Part shown: positions 1 to 15,000 of the stretch, piece after piece
Numbering within the stretch: the stretch's first letter is position 1
Layout of the letters: every line of letters begins with the position of its first letter
Origin: Eledone cirrhosa
Lineage: Eukaryota
Assembly (NCBI GenBank): GCA_964016885.1
Contig: OZ024740.1
Span: forward strand, 28,396,001-28,460,000
Direction of reading: 5' to 3'
Length of the DNA stretch: 64,000 nt
The notes under the pieces: model-generated
The model's database searches: none
What the model saw: only the letters and a program-made list of their open reading frames with translations
Told to the model about the DNA's origin: nothing
Program-made: the position numbers and the translations under genes

Positions 1-3000
1 ATGTGATTTTTCTGACTATATGTGATTTTCCTGAGTATATGTGATTTCCCTGACTATATGTGATTTCCCTGACGATATGTGATTTTCCTAACTATATGTG
101 ACTTTCCTGACTATATGAGATTTTCCTGAGTATATGTGATTTTCCTGACTATATGTAATTTTCCTGAGTATATGTGATTTACCTGACTAGAAGTGATTTT
201 TCTGAGTATATGTGATTTTCCTGAATATATGTGATTTTCTTGACAATATGTGATTTTCCTGAGTGTATGTGATTTCCCTGAGTATATGTGATTTTCCTGG
301 CTATATGTGATTTTCCTGAGTATATGTGATTTGCCTGAGTATATATGATTTAACTGAGTATATGTGATTTTCCTGAGTATATGTGATTTCTTTGAGTATA
401 TGTGATTTCCCTGACTATATGTGATGTTCCTGAGTATATGTGATCTTCCTGAGTATATGTGATTTTCCTGAGTATAGGCGATTTTCCTGAGTATATGTGA
501 TTTTTCTGACTATATGTGATCTTCCTGAGTATATGTGATTTCCCTGAGTATATGTGATTTTCCTGAGTATATGTGATTTTCCTGAGTATATGTGATTTTC
601 CTGACTATATGTGATTTTCCTGAGTATATGTGATCTTCCTGAGTATATGTGATTTTCCTGAGTATAGGCGATTTTCCTGAGTATATGTGATTTTGCTGAC
701 TATATGTGATCTTCCTCAGTATATGTGATTTCCCGCAATATATGTGATTTTCCTGAGTGTATGTGATTTTCCCGAGTATATGTGATCTCCCTGAATATAT
801 GTGATTTTCCTGAGTATATGTGATTTTCCTGTGTATATATGAATTTCCTGAGTATATGTGATTTTCCTGAGTATATGTGATTTCCCTGAGTATATGTGAA
901 TTTCCTGAGTATATGTGATTTTCCTGAGTATATGTGATTTCCCTGACTATATGTGATTTCCCTGACGATATGTGATTTTCCTAACTATATGTGATTTTCC
1001 TGACTATATGAGATTTTCCTGAGTATATGTGATTTTCCTGACTATATGTAATTTTCCTGAGTATATGTGATTTACCTGACTAGAAGTGATTTTTCTGAGT
1101 ATATGTGATTTACCTGACTAGAAGTGATTTTTCTGAGTATATGTGATTTCCCTGACTATATGTGATTTTCCTGAATATATGTGATTTTCTTGACAATATG
1201 TGATTTTCCTGAGTATATGTGATTTTCCTGAGTATATGTGATTTCCCTGAGCATATGTGATTTTCCTGGCTATATGTGATTTTCCTGAGTATATGTGATT
1301 TTCCTGCGTATATGTGATTTTCCTGAGTATATGTGATTTTCCTGAGTATATGTGATTTCCCTGAGTATATATGATTTAACTGAGTATATGTGATTTTCCT
1401 GAGTATATGTGATTTCTTTGAGTATATGTGATTTCCCTGACTATATGTGATGTTCCTGAGTATATGTGATCTTTCTGAGCATATGTGATTTTCCTGAGTA
1501 TGGGCGATTTTCCAGAGTTTATGTGATTTTTCTGTGTATATATGATTTTCCTGAGTATATGTGATTTTCATGAGTATATGTGATTTCCCTGAGTATATGT
1601 GATTTTCCTCAGTATATGTGATTTTCCTGACAATATGTGATTTTCCTGAGTATATGTGATTTTCCTGAGTATATGTGATTTTCCTGAGTATATGTGATTT
1701 TCCTGAGTATATGTGATTTTCCTGAGTATATGTGATTTTCTTGAGTATATGTGATTTTTCTGAGTATATGTGATTTCCCTGAGTATATGTGATTTTCCTG
1801 ACTATTTGTGATTTTCCTGACTATGTGATTTTCTTGACTATATGTGATTTTCCTGAGTATATGTGATTTTCCTAACTATATGTGATTTTCCTGAGTATAT
1901 GAAATTTCCCTGAGTTATGTGATTTTCCTGAGTATATGTGATTTTCCTGACTATATGTGATTTTCCTGAGTATATATGATTTCCCTGACTATATGTGATT
2001 TCCCGGAGTATATGTGATTTTCATGAGTATATGTGATTTTCCTGAGTATATGTGATCTTCCTGAGTATATGTGATGTTCAGGAGTATATGTGATTTTCCT
2101 GAGTATATGTGATCTTCCTGAGTATATGTGATTTTCCTGAGTATATGTGATTTCCCTGAGTATATGTGATTTTCCTGAGTATATGTGATTTTCCTGACTA
2201 TATGTGATTTTCCTGAGTATATGTGATTTTCCTGACTATATGTGATTTTCCTGAGTATATCTGATTTTCCTGACTATATGTGATTTTCCTGACAATATGT
2301 GATTTTCCTGAGTATGTGTGATTTCCCTGAGTATATGTGATTTTCATGAGTATATGTGATATTCCTGAGTATATGTGATTTTCCTGACTATATGTTATTT
2401 TCCTGAGTATATGTAATCTTCCTCAGTATATAATTTTCCTGAGTATATGCGATTTTCCTGAGTATATGTGATTTTCCTGAGTATATGTGATTTATTTAAG
2501 TATATGTGATTTCCCTGACTATATGTGATTTTCCTGAGTATATGTGATTTCCCTGAGTATATGTGATTTTCCTGAGTATATATTATTTTCCTGAGTATTT
2601 GATTTTCCTGACTATTTGTGATTTTCCTGACTATATGTGATTTTCCTGAGTATATGTGATCTTACTGAGTATATGTGATTTTCCTGAGTATATGCGATTT
2701 TCCTGAGTATATGTGATTTTCCTGACTATATGTGATCTTTCTGAGTATATGTGATTTTCCTGAGTATATGTGATTTTGCTGACTATTTGTGATTTTCCTG
2801 AGTATATGTGATTTTCCTGACTATATGTGATTTTCCTGAGTATATGTGATCTTCCTGAGTATAAGTGATTTTCCTGAGTATAGGCGATTTTCCTGAGTAT
2901 ATGTGATTTTGCTGACTATATGTGATCTTCCTCAGTATATGTGATTTCCCGCAATATATGTGATTTTCCTGAGTATATGTGATTTCCCTGAGTATATGTG

Positions 3001-6000
3001 ATTTTCCTGAGTATATGTGATTTTGCTGAGTATATGTGATTTCCCTGACTATATGTGATTTTCCTGACTATATGAGATTTTCCTGAGTATATGTGATTTT
3101 CCTGACTATATGTAATTTTCCTGAGTATATGTGATTTAGCTGACTAGAAGTGATTTTTCTGAGTATATGTGATTTCCCTGACTATATGTGATTTTCCTGA
3201 CTATATGAGATTTTCCTGAGTATATGAGATTTTCCTGACTATATGTGATTTTGTTGAGTATATGTGATTTCCCTGAGTATATGTGATTTTCCTGGCTATA
3301 TGTGATTTTCCTGAGTATGGGCGATTTTACTGAGTATATGTGATTTTTCTGACTATATGTGATCTTCCTGAGTATATGTGATTTCCCTGAGTATATGTGA
3401 TTTTCCTGAGTATATATGATTTTCCTGAGTATATGTGATTTTCCTGAGTATATGTGATTTCCCTGAATATATGTGATTTTCCAGAGTATATGTGATTTTT
3501 CTGTGTATATATGATTTTCCTGAGTATATGTGATTTTCATGAGTATATGTGATTTCCCTGAGTATATGTGATTGTCCTCAGTATATGTGATTTTCCTGAC
3601 AATATGTGATTTTCCTGAGTATATGTGATTTTCCTGAGTATATGTGATTTTCCTGAGTATATGTGATTTTCTTGAGTATATGTGATTTTTCTGAGTATAT
3701 GTGATTTCCCTGAGTATATGTGATTTTCCTGACTATTTGTGATTTTCCTGACTATGTGATTTTCTTGACTATATGTGATTTTCCTGAGTATATGTGATTT
3801 TCCTGACTATATGTGATTTTCCTGAGTATATGAAATTTCCCTGAGTATATGTGATTTTCCTGAGTATATGTGATTTTTCTGACTATATGTGATTTTCCTG
3901 AGTATATGTGATTTTCCTAACTATATGTGACTTTCCTGACTATATGAGATTTTCCTGAGTATATGTGATTTTCCTGACTATATGTAATTTTCCTGAGTAT
4001 ATGTGATTTACCTGACTAGAAGTGATTTTTCTGAGTATATGTGATTTTCCTGACTATATGTGATTTTCCTGAATATATGTGATTTTCTTGACAATATGTG
4101 ATTTTCCTGAGTATATGTGATTTCCCTGAGTATATGTGATTTTCCTGGCTATATGTGATTTTCCTGAGTATATGTGATTTGCCTGAGTATATATGATTTA
4201 ACTGAGTATATGTGATTTTCCTGAGTATATGTGATTTCTTTGAGTATATGTGATTTCCCTGACTATATGTGATGTTCCTGAGTATATGTGATCTTCCTGA
4301 GTATATGTGATTTTCCTGAGTATAGGCGATTTTCCTGAGTATATGTGAGTTTTCTGACTATATGTGATCTTCCTGAGTATATGTGATTTCCCTGAGTATA
4401 TGTGATTTTCCTGAGTATATATGATTTTCCTGAGTATATGTGATTTTCCTGAGTATATGTGATTTCCCTGAATATATGTGATTTTCCAGAGTATATGTGA
4501 TTTTTCTGTGTATATATGATTTTCCTGAGTATATGTGATTTTCATGAGTATATGTGATTTCCCTGAGTATATGTGATTGTCCTCAGTATATGTGATTTTC
4601 CTGACAATATGTGATTTTCCTGAGTATATGTGATTTTCCTGAGTATATGTGATTTTCCTGAGTATATGTGATTTTCTTGAGTATATGTGATTTTTCTGAG
4701 TATATGTGATTTCCCTGAGTATATGTGATTTTCCTGACTATTTGTGATTTTCCTGACTATGTGATTTTCTTGACTATATGTGATTTTTCTGAGTATATGT
4801 GATTTTCCTGACTATATGTGATTTTCCTGAGTATATGAAATTTCCCTGAGTATATGTGATTTTCCTGAGTATATGTGATTTTTCTGACTATATGTGATTT
4901 TCCTGAGTATATGTGATTTCCCTGACTATATGTGATTTCCCTGACGATATGTGATTTTCCTAACTATATGTGACTTTCCTGACTATATGAGATTTTCCTG
5001 AGTATATGTGATTTTCCTGACTATATGTAATTTTCCTGAGTATATGTGATTTACCTGACTAGAAGTGATTTTTCTGAGTATATGTGATTTTCCTGACTAT
5101 ATGTGATTTTCCTGAATATATGTGATTTTCTTGACAATATGTGATTTTCCTGAGTATATGTGATTTCCCTGAGTATATGTGATTTTCCTGGCTATATGTG
5201 ATTTTCCTGAGTATATGTGATTTGGCTGAGTATATATGATTTAACTGAGTATATGTGATTTTCCTGAGTATATGTGATTTCTTTGAGTATATGTGATTTC
5301 CCTGACTATATGTGATGTTCCTGAGTATATGTGATCTTCCTGAGTATATGTGATTTTCCTGAGTATAGGCGATTTTCCTGAGTATAAGTGATTTTTCTGA
5401 CTATATGTGATCTTCCTGAGTATATGTGATTTCCCTGAGTATATGTGATTTTCCTGAGTATATATGATTTTCCTGAGTATATGTGATTTTCCTGAGTATA
5501 TGTGATTTTCCTGACTATATGTGATTTTCCTGAGTATATGTGATCTTCCTGAGTATATGTGATTTTCCTGAGTATAGGCGATTTTCCTGAGTATATGTGA
5601 TTTTGCTGACTATATGTGATCTTCCTCAGTATATGTGATTTCCCGCAATATATGTGATTTTCCTGAGTGTATGTGATTTTCCTGAGTATATGTGATCTCC
5701 CTGAATATATGTGATTTTCCTGAGTATATGTGATTTTCCTGTGTATATATGATCTTCCTGAGTATATGTGATTTTCCTGAGTATATATTATTTTCCTGAG
5801 TATTTGAATTTCCTGACTATTTGTGATTTTCCTGACTATATGTGATTTTCCTGAGTATATGTGATCTTCCTGAGTATATGTGATTTTCCTGAGTATATGC
5901 GATTTTCCTGAGTATATGTGATTTTCCTGACAATATGTGATTTTCCTGAGTATATGTGATTTTCCTGAGTATATGTGATTTTCCTGAGTATATGTGATTT

Positions 6001-9000
6001 TCTTGAGTATATGTGATTTTTCTGAGTATATGTGATTTCCCTGAGTATATGTGATTTTCCTGACTATTTGTGATTTTCCTGACTATGTGATTTTCTTGAC
6101 TATATGTGATTTTCCTGAGTATATGTGATTTTCCTGACTATATGTGATTTTCCTGAGTATATGAAATTTCCCTGAGTATATGTGATTTTCCTGACTCTAT
6201 GTGATTTTTCTGACTATATGTGATTTTCCTGAGTATATGTGATTTCCCTGACTATATGTGATTTCCCTGACGATATGTGATTTTCCTAACTATATGTGAC
6301 TTTCCTGACTATATGAGATTTTCCTGAGTATATGTGATTTTCCTGACTATATGTAATTTTCCTGAGTATATGTGATTTACCTGACTAGAAGTGATTTTTC
6401 TGAGTATATGTGATTTTCCTGAATATATGTGATTTTCTTGACAATATGTGATTTTCCTGAGTGTATGTGATTTCCCTGAGTATATGTGATTTTCCTGGCT
6501 ATATGTGATTTTCCTGAGTATATGTGATTTGCCTGAGTATATATGATTTAACTGAGTATATGTGATTTTCCTGAGTATATGTGATTTCTTTGAGTATATG
6601 TGATTTCCCTGACTATATGTGATGTTCCTGAGTATATGTGATCTTCCTGAGTATATGTGATTTTCCTGAGTATAGGCGATTTTCCTGAGTATATGTGATT
6701 TTTCTGACTATATGTGATCTTCCTGAGTATATGTGATTTCCCTGAGTATATGTGATTTTCCTGAGTATATGTGATTTTCCTGAGTATATGTGATTTTCCT
6801 GACTATATGTGATTTTCCTGAGTATATGTGATCTTCCTGAGTATATGTGATTTTCCTGAGTATAGGCGATTTTCCTGAGTATATGTGATTTTGCTGACTA
6901 TATGTGATCTTCCTCAGTATATGTGATTTCCCGCAATATATGTGATTTTCCTGAGTGTATGTGATTTTCCTGAGTATATGTGATCTCCCTGAATATATGT
7001 GATTTTCCTGAGTATATGTGATTTTCCTGTGTATATATGATTTTCCTGAGTATATGTCATTTTCCTGAGTATATGTGATTTCCCTGAGTATATGTGAATT
7101 TCCTGAGTATATGTGATTTTCCTGAGTATATGTGATTTCCCTGACTATATGTGATTTCCCTGACGATATGTGATTTTCCTAACTATATGTGATTTTCCTG
7201 ACTATATGAGATTTTCCTGAGTATATGTGATTTTCCTGACTATATGTAATTTTCCTGAGTATATGTGATTTACCTGACTAGAAGTGATTTTTCTGAGTAT
7301 ATGTGATTTACCTGACTAGAAGTGATTTTTCTGAGTATATGTGATTTCCCTGACTATATGTGATTTTCCTGAATATATGTGATTTTCTTGACAATATGTG
7401 ATTTTCCTGAGTATATGTGATTTTCCTGAGTATATGTGATTTCCCTGAGCATATGTGATTTTCCTGGCTATATGTGATTTTCCTGAGTATATGTGATTTT
7501 CCTGCGTATATGTGATTTTCCTGAGTATATGTGATTTTCCTGAGTATATGTGATTTCCCTGAGTATATATGATTTAACTGAGTATATGTGATTTTCCTGA
7601 GTATATGTGATTTCTTTGAGTATATGTGATTTCCCTGACTATATGTGATGTTCCTGAGTATATGTGATCTTTCTGAGCATATGTGATTTTCCTGAGTATG
7701 GGCGATTTTCCAGAGTTTATGTGATTTTTCTGTGTATATATGATTTTCCTGAGTATATGTGATTTTCATGAGTATATGTGATTTCCCTGAGTATATGTGA
7801 TTTTCCTCAGTATATGTGATTTTCCTGACAATATGTGATTTTCCTGAGTATATGTGATTTTCCTGATTATATGTGATTTTCCTGAGTATATGTGATTTTC
7901 CTGAGTATATGTGATTTTCCTGAGTATATGTGATTTTCTTGAGTATATGTGATTTTTCTGAGTATATGTGATTTCCCTGAGTATATGTGATTTTCCTGAC
8001 TATTTGTGATTTTCCTGACTATGTGATTTTCTTGACTATATGTGATTTTCCTGAGTATATGTGATTTTCCTAACTATATGTGATTTTCCTGAGTATATGA
8101 AATTTCCCTGAGTTATGTGATTTTCCTGAGTATATGTGATTTTCCTGACTATATGTGATTTTCCTGAGTATATATGATTTCCCTGACTATATGTGATTTC
8201 CCGGAGTATATGTGATTTTCATGAGTATATGTGATTTTCCTGAGTATATGTGATCTTCCTGAGTATATGTGATGTTCAGGAGTATATGTGATTTTCCTGA
8301 GTATATGTGATCTTCCTGAGTATATGTGATTTTCCTTAGTATATGTGATTTCCCTGAGTATATGTGATTTTCCTGAGTATATGTGATTTCCCTGACTATA
8401 TGTGATTTTCCTGAGTATATGTGATTTTCCTGACTATATGTGATTTTCCTGAGTATATCTGATTTTCCTGACTTTATGTGATTTTCCTGACAATATGTGA
8501 TTTTCCTGAGTATGTGTGATTTCCCTGAGTATATGTGATTTTCATGAGTATATGTGATATTCCTGAGTATATGTGATTTTCCTGACTATATGTTATTTTC
8601 CTGAGTATATGTAATCTTCCTCAGTATATAATTTTCCTGAGTATATGCGATTTTCCTGAGTATATGTGATTTTCCTGAGTATATGTGATTTATTTAAGTA
8701 TATGTGATTTCCCTGACTATATGTGATTTTCCTGAGTATATGTGATTTCCCTGAGTATATGTGATTTTCCTGAGTATATATTATTTTCCTGAGTATTTGA
8801 TTTTCCTGACTATTTGTGATTTTCCTGACTATATGTGATTTTCCTGAGTATATGTGATCTTCCTGAGTATATGTGATTTTCCTGAGTATATGCGATTTTC
8901 CTGAGTATATGTGATTTTCCTGACTATATGTGATCTTTCTGAGTATATGTGATTTTCCTGAGTATATGTGATTTTGCTGACTATTTGTGATTTTCCTGAG

Positions 9001-12000
9001 TATATGTGATTTTCCTGACTATATGTGATTTTCCTGAGTATATGTGATCTTCCTGAGTATAAGTGATTTTCCTGAGTATAGGCGATTTTCCTGAGTATAT
9101 GTGATTTTGCTGACTATATGTGATCTTCCTCAGTATATGTGATTTCCCGCAATATATGTGATTTTCCTGAGTATATGTGATTTCCCTGAGTATATGTGAT
9201 TTTCCTGAGTATATGTGATTTTGCTGAGTATATGTGATTTCCCTGATTATATGTGATTTTCCTGACTATATGAGATTTTCCTGAGTATATGTGATTTTCC
9301 TGACTATATGTAATTTTCCTGAGTATATGTGATTTCCCTGACTATATGTGATTTTCCCGACTATATGAGATTTTCCTGAGTATATGAGATTTTCCTGACT
9401 ATATGTGATTTTGTTGAGTATATGTGATTTCCCTGAGTATATGTGATTTTCCTGGCTATATGTGATTTTCCTGAGTATGGGCGATTTTACTGAGTATATG
9501 TGATTTTTCTGACTATATGTGATCTTCCTGAGTATATGTGATTTCCCTGAGTATATGTGATTTTCCTGAGTATATATGATTTTCCTGAGTATATGTGATT
9601 TTCCTGAGTATATGTGATTTCCCTGAATATATGTGATTTTCCAGAGTATATGTGATTTTTCTGTGTATATATGATTTTCCTGAGTATATGTGATTTTCAT
9701 GAGTATATGTGATTTCCCTGAGTATATGTGATTGTCCTCAGTATATGTGATTTTCCTGACAATATGTGATTTTCCTGAGTATATGTGATTTTCCTGAGTA
9801 TATGTGATTTTCCTGAGTATATGTGATTTTCTTGAGTATATGTGATTTTTCTGAGTATATGTGATTTCCCTGAGTATATGTGATTTTCCTGACTATTTGT
9901 GATTTTCCTGACTATGTGATTTTCTTGACTATATGTGATTTTCCTGAGTATATGTGATTTTCCTGACTATATGTGATTTTCCTGAGTATATGAAATTTCC
10001 CTGAGTATATGTGATTTTCCTGAGTATATGTGATTTTTCTGACTATATGTGATTTTCCTGAGTATATGTGATTTTCCTAACTATATGTGACTTTCCTGAC
10101 TATATGAGATTTTCCTGAGTATATGTGATTTTCCTGACTATATGTAATTTTCCTGAGTATATGTGATTTACCTGACTAGAAGTGATTTTTCTGAGTATAT
10201 GTGATTTTCCTGACTATATGTGATTTTCCTGAATATATGTGATTTTCTTGACAATATGTGATTTTCCTGAGTATATGTGATTTCCCTGAGTATATGTGAT
10301 TTTCCTGGCTATATGTGATTTTCCTGAGTATATGTGATTTGCCTGAGTATATATGATTTAACTGAGTATATGTGATTTTCCTGAGTATATGTGATTTCTT
10401 TGAGTATATGTGATTTCCCTGACTATATGTGATGTTCCTGAGTATATGTGATCTTCCTGAGTATATGTGATTTTCCTGAGTATAGGCGATTTTCCTGAGT
10501 ATATGTGAGTTTTCTGACTATATGTGATCTTCCTGAGTATATGTGATTTCCCTGAGTATATGTGATTTTCCTGAGTATATATGATTTTCCTGAGTATATG
10601 TGATTTTCCTGAGTATATGTGATTTCCCTGAATATATGTGATTTTCCAGAGTATATGTGATTTTTCTGTGTATATATGATTTTCCTGAGTATATGTGATT
10701 TTCATGAGTATATGTGATTTCCCTGAGTATATGTGATTGTCCTCAGTATATGTGATTTTCCTGACAATATGTGATTTTCCTGAGTATATGTGATTTTCCT
10801 GAGTATATGTGATTTTCCTGAGTATATGTGATTTTCTTGAGTATATGTGATTTTTCTGAGTATATGTGATTTCCCTGAGTATATGTGATTTTCCTGACTA
10901 TTTGTGATTTTCCTGACTATGTGATTTTCTTGACTATATGTGATTTTTCTGAGTATATGTGATTTTCCTGACTATATGTGATTTTCCTGAGTATATGAAA
11001 TTTCCCTGAGTATATGTGATTTTCCTGAGTATATGTGATTTTTCTGACTATATGTGATTTTCCTGAGTATATGTGATTTCCCTGACTATATGTGATTTCC
11101 CTGACGATATGTGATTTTCCTAACTATATGTGACTTTCCTGACTATATGAGATTTTCCTGAGTATATGTGATTTTCCTGACTATATGTAATTTTCCTGAG
11201 TATATGTGATTTACCTGACTAGAAGTGATTTTTCTGAGTATATGTGATTTTCCTGACTATATGTGATTTTCCTGAATATATGTGATTTTCTTGACAATAT
11301 GTGATTTTCCTGAGTATATGTGATTTCCCTGAGTATATGTGATTTTCCTGGCTATATGTGATTTTCCTGAGTATATGTGATTTGCCTGAGTATATATGAT
11401 TTAACTGAGTATATGTGATTTTCCTGAGTATATGTGATTTCTTTGAGTATATGTGATTTCCCTGACTATATGTGATGTTCCTGAGTATATGTGATCTTCC
11501 TGAGTATATGTGATTTTCCTGAGTATAGGCGATTTTCCTGAGTATAAGTGATTTTTCTGACTATATGTGATCTTCCTGAGTATATGTGATTTCCCTGAGT
11601 ATATGTGATTTCCCTGAGTATATGTGATTTTCCTGAGTATATGTGATTTTCCTGAGTATATGTGATTTTCCTGACTATATGTGATTTTCCTGAGTATATG
11701 TGATCTTCCTGAGTATATGTGATTTTCCTGAGTATAGGCGATTTTCCTGAGTATATGTGATTTTGCTGACTATATGTGATCTTCCTCAGTATATGTGATT
11801 TCCCGCAATATATGTGATTTTCCTGAGTGTATGTGATTTTCCTGAGTATATGTGATCTCCCTGAATATATGTGATTTTCCTGAGTATATGTGATTTTCCT
11901 GTGTATATATGATTTTCCTGAGTATATGTGATTTTCCTGAGTATATATTATTTTCCTGAGTATTTGATTTTCCTGACTATTTGTGATTTTCCTGACTATA

Positions 12001-12085
12001 TGTGATTTTCCTGAGTATATGTGATCTTCCTGAGTATATGTGATTTTCCTGAGTATATGCGATTTTCCTGAGTATATGTGATTTT
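1..12085. repeat. Higher-order tandem duplication, period 6,198/6,160 bp (327/325 monomers), about 2 copies
   Basis: Position 1 matches 6199. Identical ORF-track peptides at 1110/7308 (offset 6198) and 4198/10358 (offset 6160). 6160 = 325x19 - 15, matching the seven 17-mers and one 18-mer counted between 3540 and 9700. The copies diverge at about 5930 vs 12090. Confidence 0.9.
3330..5470. repeat. 1,005-bp (53-monomer) higher-order repeat, about 2 copies (also present at about 9490-11630)
   Basis: ORF ends at 3540/4545 and the 17-bp GACTATGTGA monomer at 3752/4757 are both offset by 1005 = 53x19 - 2. Downstream markers shift by two monomers (GACTAGAAG at about 4014/5057). Confidence 0.8.
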
Positions 12086-15000
12086 CCTGACTATATGTGA
12101 TCTTTCTGAGTATATGTGATTTTCCTGAGTATATGTGATTTTGCTGACTATTTGTGATTTTCCTGAGTATATGTGATTTTCCTGACTATATGTGATTTTC
12201 CTGAGTATATGTGATCTTCCTGAGTATAAGTGATTTTCCTGAGTATAGGCGATTTTCCTGAGTATATGTGATTTTGCTGACTATATGTGATCTTCCTCAG
12301 TATATGTGATTTCCCGCAATATATGTGATTTTCCTGAGTATATGTGATTTCCCTGACTATATGTGATTTTCATGATTATATGTGATCTTCCTGAGTATAT
12401 GTGATTTTCCCGAGTATATGTGATTTCCCTGAGTATATGTGATTTTCCTGAGTATATGTGATTTTCATGACTATATGTGATTTTCCTGAATATATGTGAT
12501 TTTCATGACTATGTGATTTTCCTGACAATATGTGATTTTCCTGAGTATATGTGATTTTCCTGAGTATATGTGATTTTCCTGAGTATATGTGATTTTCTTG
12601 AGTATATGTGATTTTCCTGAGTATATGTGATTTCCCTGAGTATATGTGATTTTCCTGACTATTTGTGATTTTCCTGACTATGTGATTTTCTTGACTATAT
12701 GTGATTTTCCGGAGTATATGTAATTTTGCTGACTATATGTGATTTTCCTGAGTATATAAAATTTCCCTGAGTATATGTGATTTTCCTGAGTATATGTGAT
12801 TTTCCTGACTATATGTGCTTTTCCTGAGTATATGTGATTTTCCCGAGTATATGTGATTTTCATGAGTATATGTGATTTTCCTGAGTATATGTGATCTTCC
12901 TGAGTAAATGTGATTTTCCTGAGTATATGTGATTTTCCTGAGTATATGTGATCTTCCTGAGTATATGTGATTTTCCTGACTATATGTGATTTTCCTGAGT
13001 ATATGTGATTTTCATGACTATATGTGATTTTCCTGAGTATATGTGATTTTCCTGACTATATGTGATTTTCCTGACAATATGTGATTTTCCTGAGTATGTG
13101 TGATTTCCCTGAGTATATGTCATTTTCATGAGTATACATGATTTTCCTGAGTATATGTAATTTCTTTGAGTATATGTGATTTCCCTGACTATATGTGATG
13201 TTCCTGAGTATATGTGATCTTCCTGAGTATATGTGATTTTCCTGAGTATAGGCGATTTTCCTGAGTATATGTGATTTTTCTGACTATATGTGATCTTCCT
13301 GAGTATATGTGATTTCCCTGAGTATATGTGATTTTCCTGAGTATATATGATTTTCCTGAGTATATGTGATTTTCCTGAGTATATGTGATTTCCCTGAATA
13401 TATGTGATTTTCCAGAGTATATGTGATTTTTCTGTGTATATATGATTTTCCTGAGTATATGTGATTTTCATGAGTATATGTGATTTCCCTGAGTATATGT
13501 GATTGTCCTCAGTATATGTGATTTTCCTGACAATATGTGATTTTCCTGAGTATATGTGATTTTCCTGAGTATATGTGATTTTCCTGAGTATATGTGATTT
13601 TCTTGAGTATATGTGATTTTTCTGAGTATATGTGATTTCCCTGAGTATATGTGATTTTCCTGACTATTTGTGATTTTCCTGACTATGTGATTTTCTTGAC
13701 TATATGTGATTTTTCTGAGTATATGTGATTTTCCTGACTATATGTGATTTTCCTGAGTATATGAAATTTCCCTGAGTATATGTGATTTTCCTGAGTATAT
13801 GTGATTTTTCTGACTATATGTGATTTTCCTGAGTATATGTGATTTCCCTGACTATATGTGATTTCCCTGACGATATGTGATTTTCCTAACTATATGTGAC
13901 TTTCCTGACTATATGAGATTTTCCTGAGTATATGTGATTTTCCTGACTATATGTAATTTTCCTGAGTATATGTGATTTACCTGACTAGAAGTGATTTTTC
14001 TGAGTATATGTGATTTTCCTGACTATATGTGATTTTCCTGAATATATGTGATTTTCTTGACAATATGTGATTTTCCTGAGTATATGTGATTTCCCTGAGT
14101 ATATGTGATTTTCCTGGCTATATGTGATTTTCCTGAGTATATGTGATTTGCCTGAGTATATATGATTTAACTGAGTATATGTGATTTTCCTGAGTATATG
14201 TGATTTCTTTGAGTATATATGATTTCCCTGACTATATGTGATGTTCCTGAGTATATGTGATCTTCCTGAGTATATGTGATTTTCCTGAGTATAGGCGATT
14301 TTCCTGAGTATAAGTGATTTTTCTGACTATATGTGATCTTCCTGAGTATATGTGATTTCCCTGAGTATATGTGATTTTCCTGAGTATATATGATTTTCCT
14401 GAGTATATGTGATTTTCCTGAGTATATGTGATTTTCCTGACTATATGTGATTTTCCTGAGTATATGTGATCTTCCTGAGTATATGTGATTTTCCTGAGTA
14501 TAGGCGATTTTCCTGAGTATATGTGATTTTGCTGACTATATGTGATCTTCCTCAGTATATGTGATTTCCCGCAATATATGTGATTTTCCTGAGTGTATGT
14601 GATTTTCCTGAGTATATGTGATCTCCCTGAATATATGTGATTTTCCTGAGTATATGTGATTTTCCTGTGTATATATGATTTTCCTGAGTATATGTGATTT
14701 TCCTGAGTATATATTATTTTCCTGAGTATTTGATTTTCCTGACTATTTGTGATTTTCCTGACTATATGTGATTTTCCTGAGTATATGTGATCTTCCTGAG
14801 TATATGTGATTTTCCTGAGTATATGCGATTTTCCTGAGTATATGTGATTTTCCTGACTATATGTGATCTTTCTGAGTATATGTGATTTTCCTGAGTATAT
14901 GTGATTTTGCTGACTATTTGTGATTTTCCTGAGTATATGTGATTTTCCTGACTATATGTGATTTTCCTGAGTATATGTGATCTTCCTGAGTATAAGTGAT

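Noticed and set aside
12980-13471. Resemblance of the His-rich repeat (NHIYSGKSH) to C2H2 zinc-finger arrays or their TGEKP linker
   Set aside because: No CxxC pairs, and a 19-aa rather than 28-aa period. The similarity is superficial.
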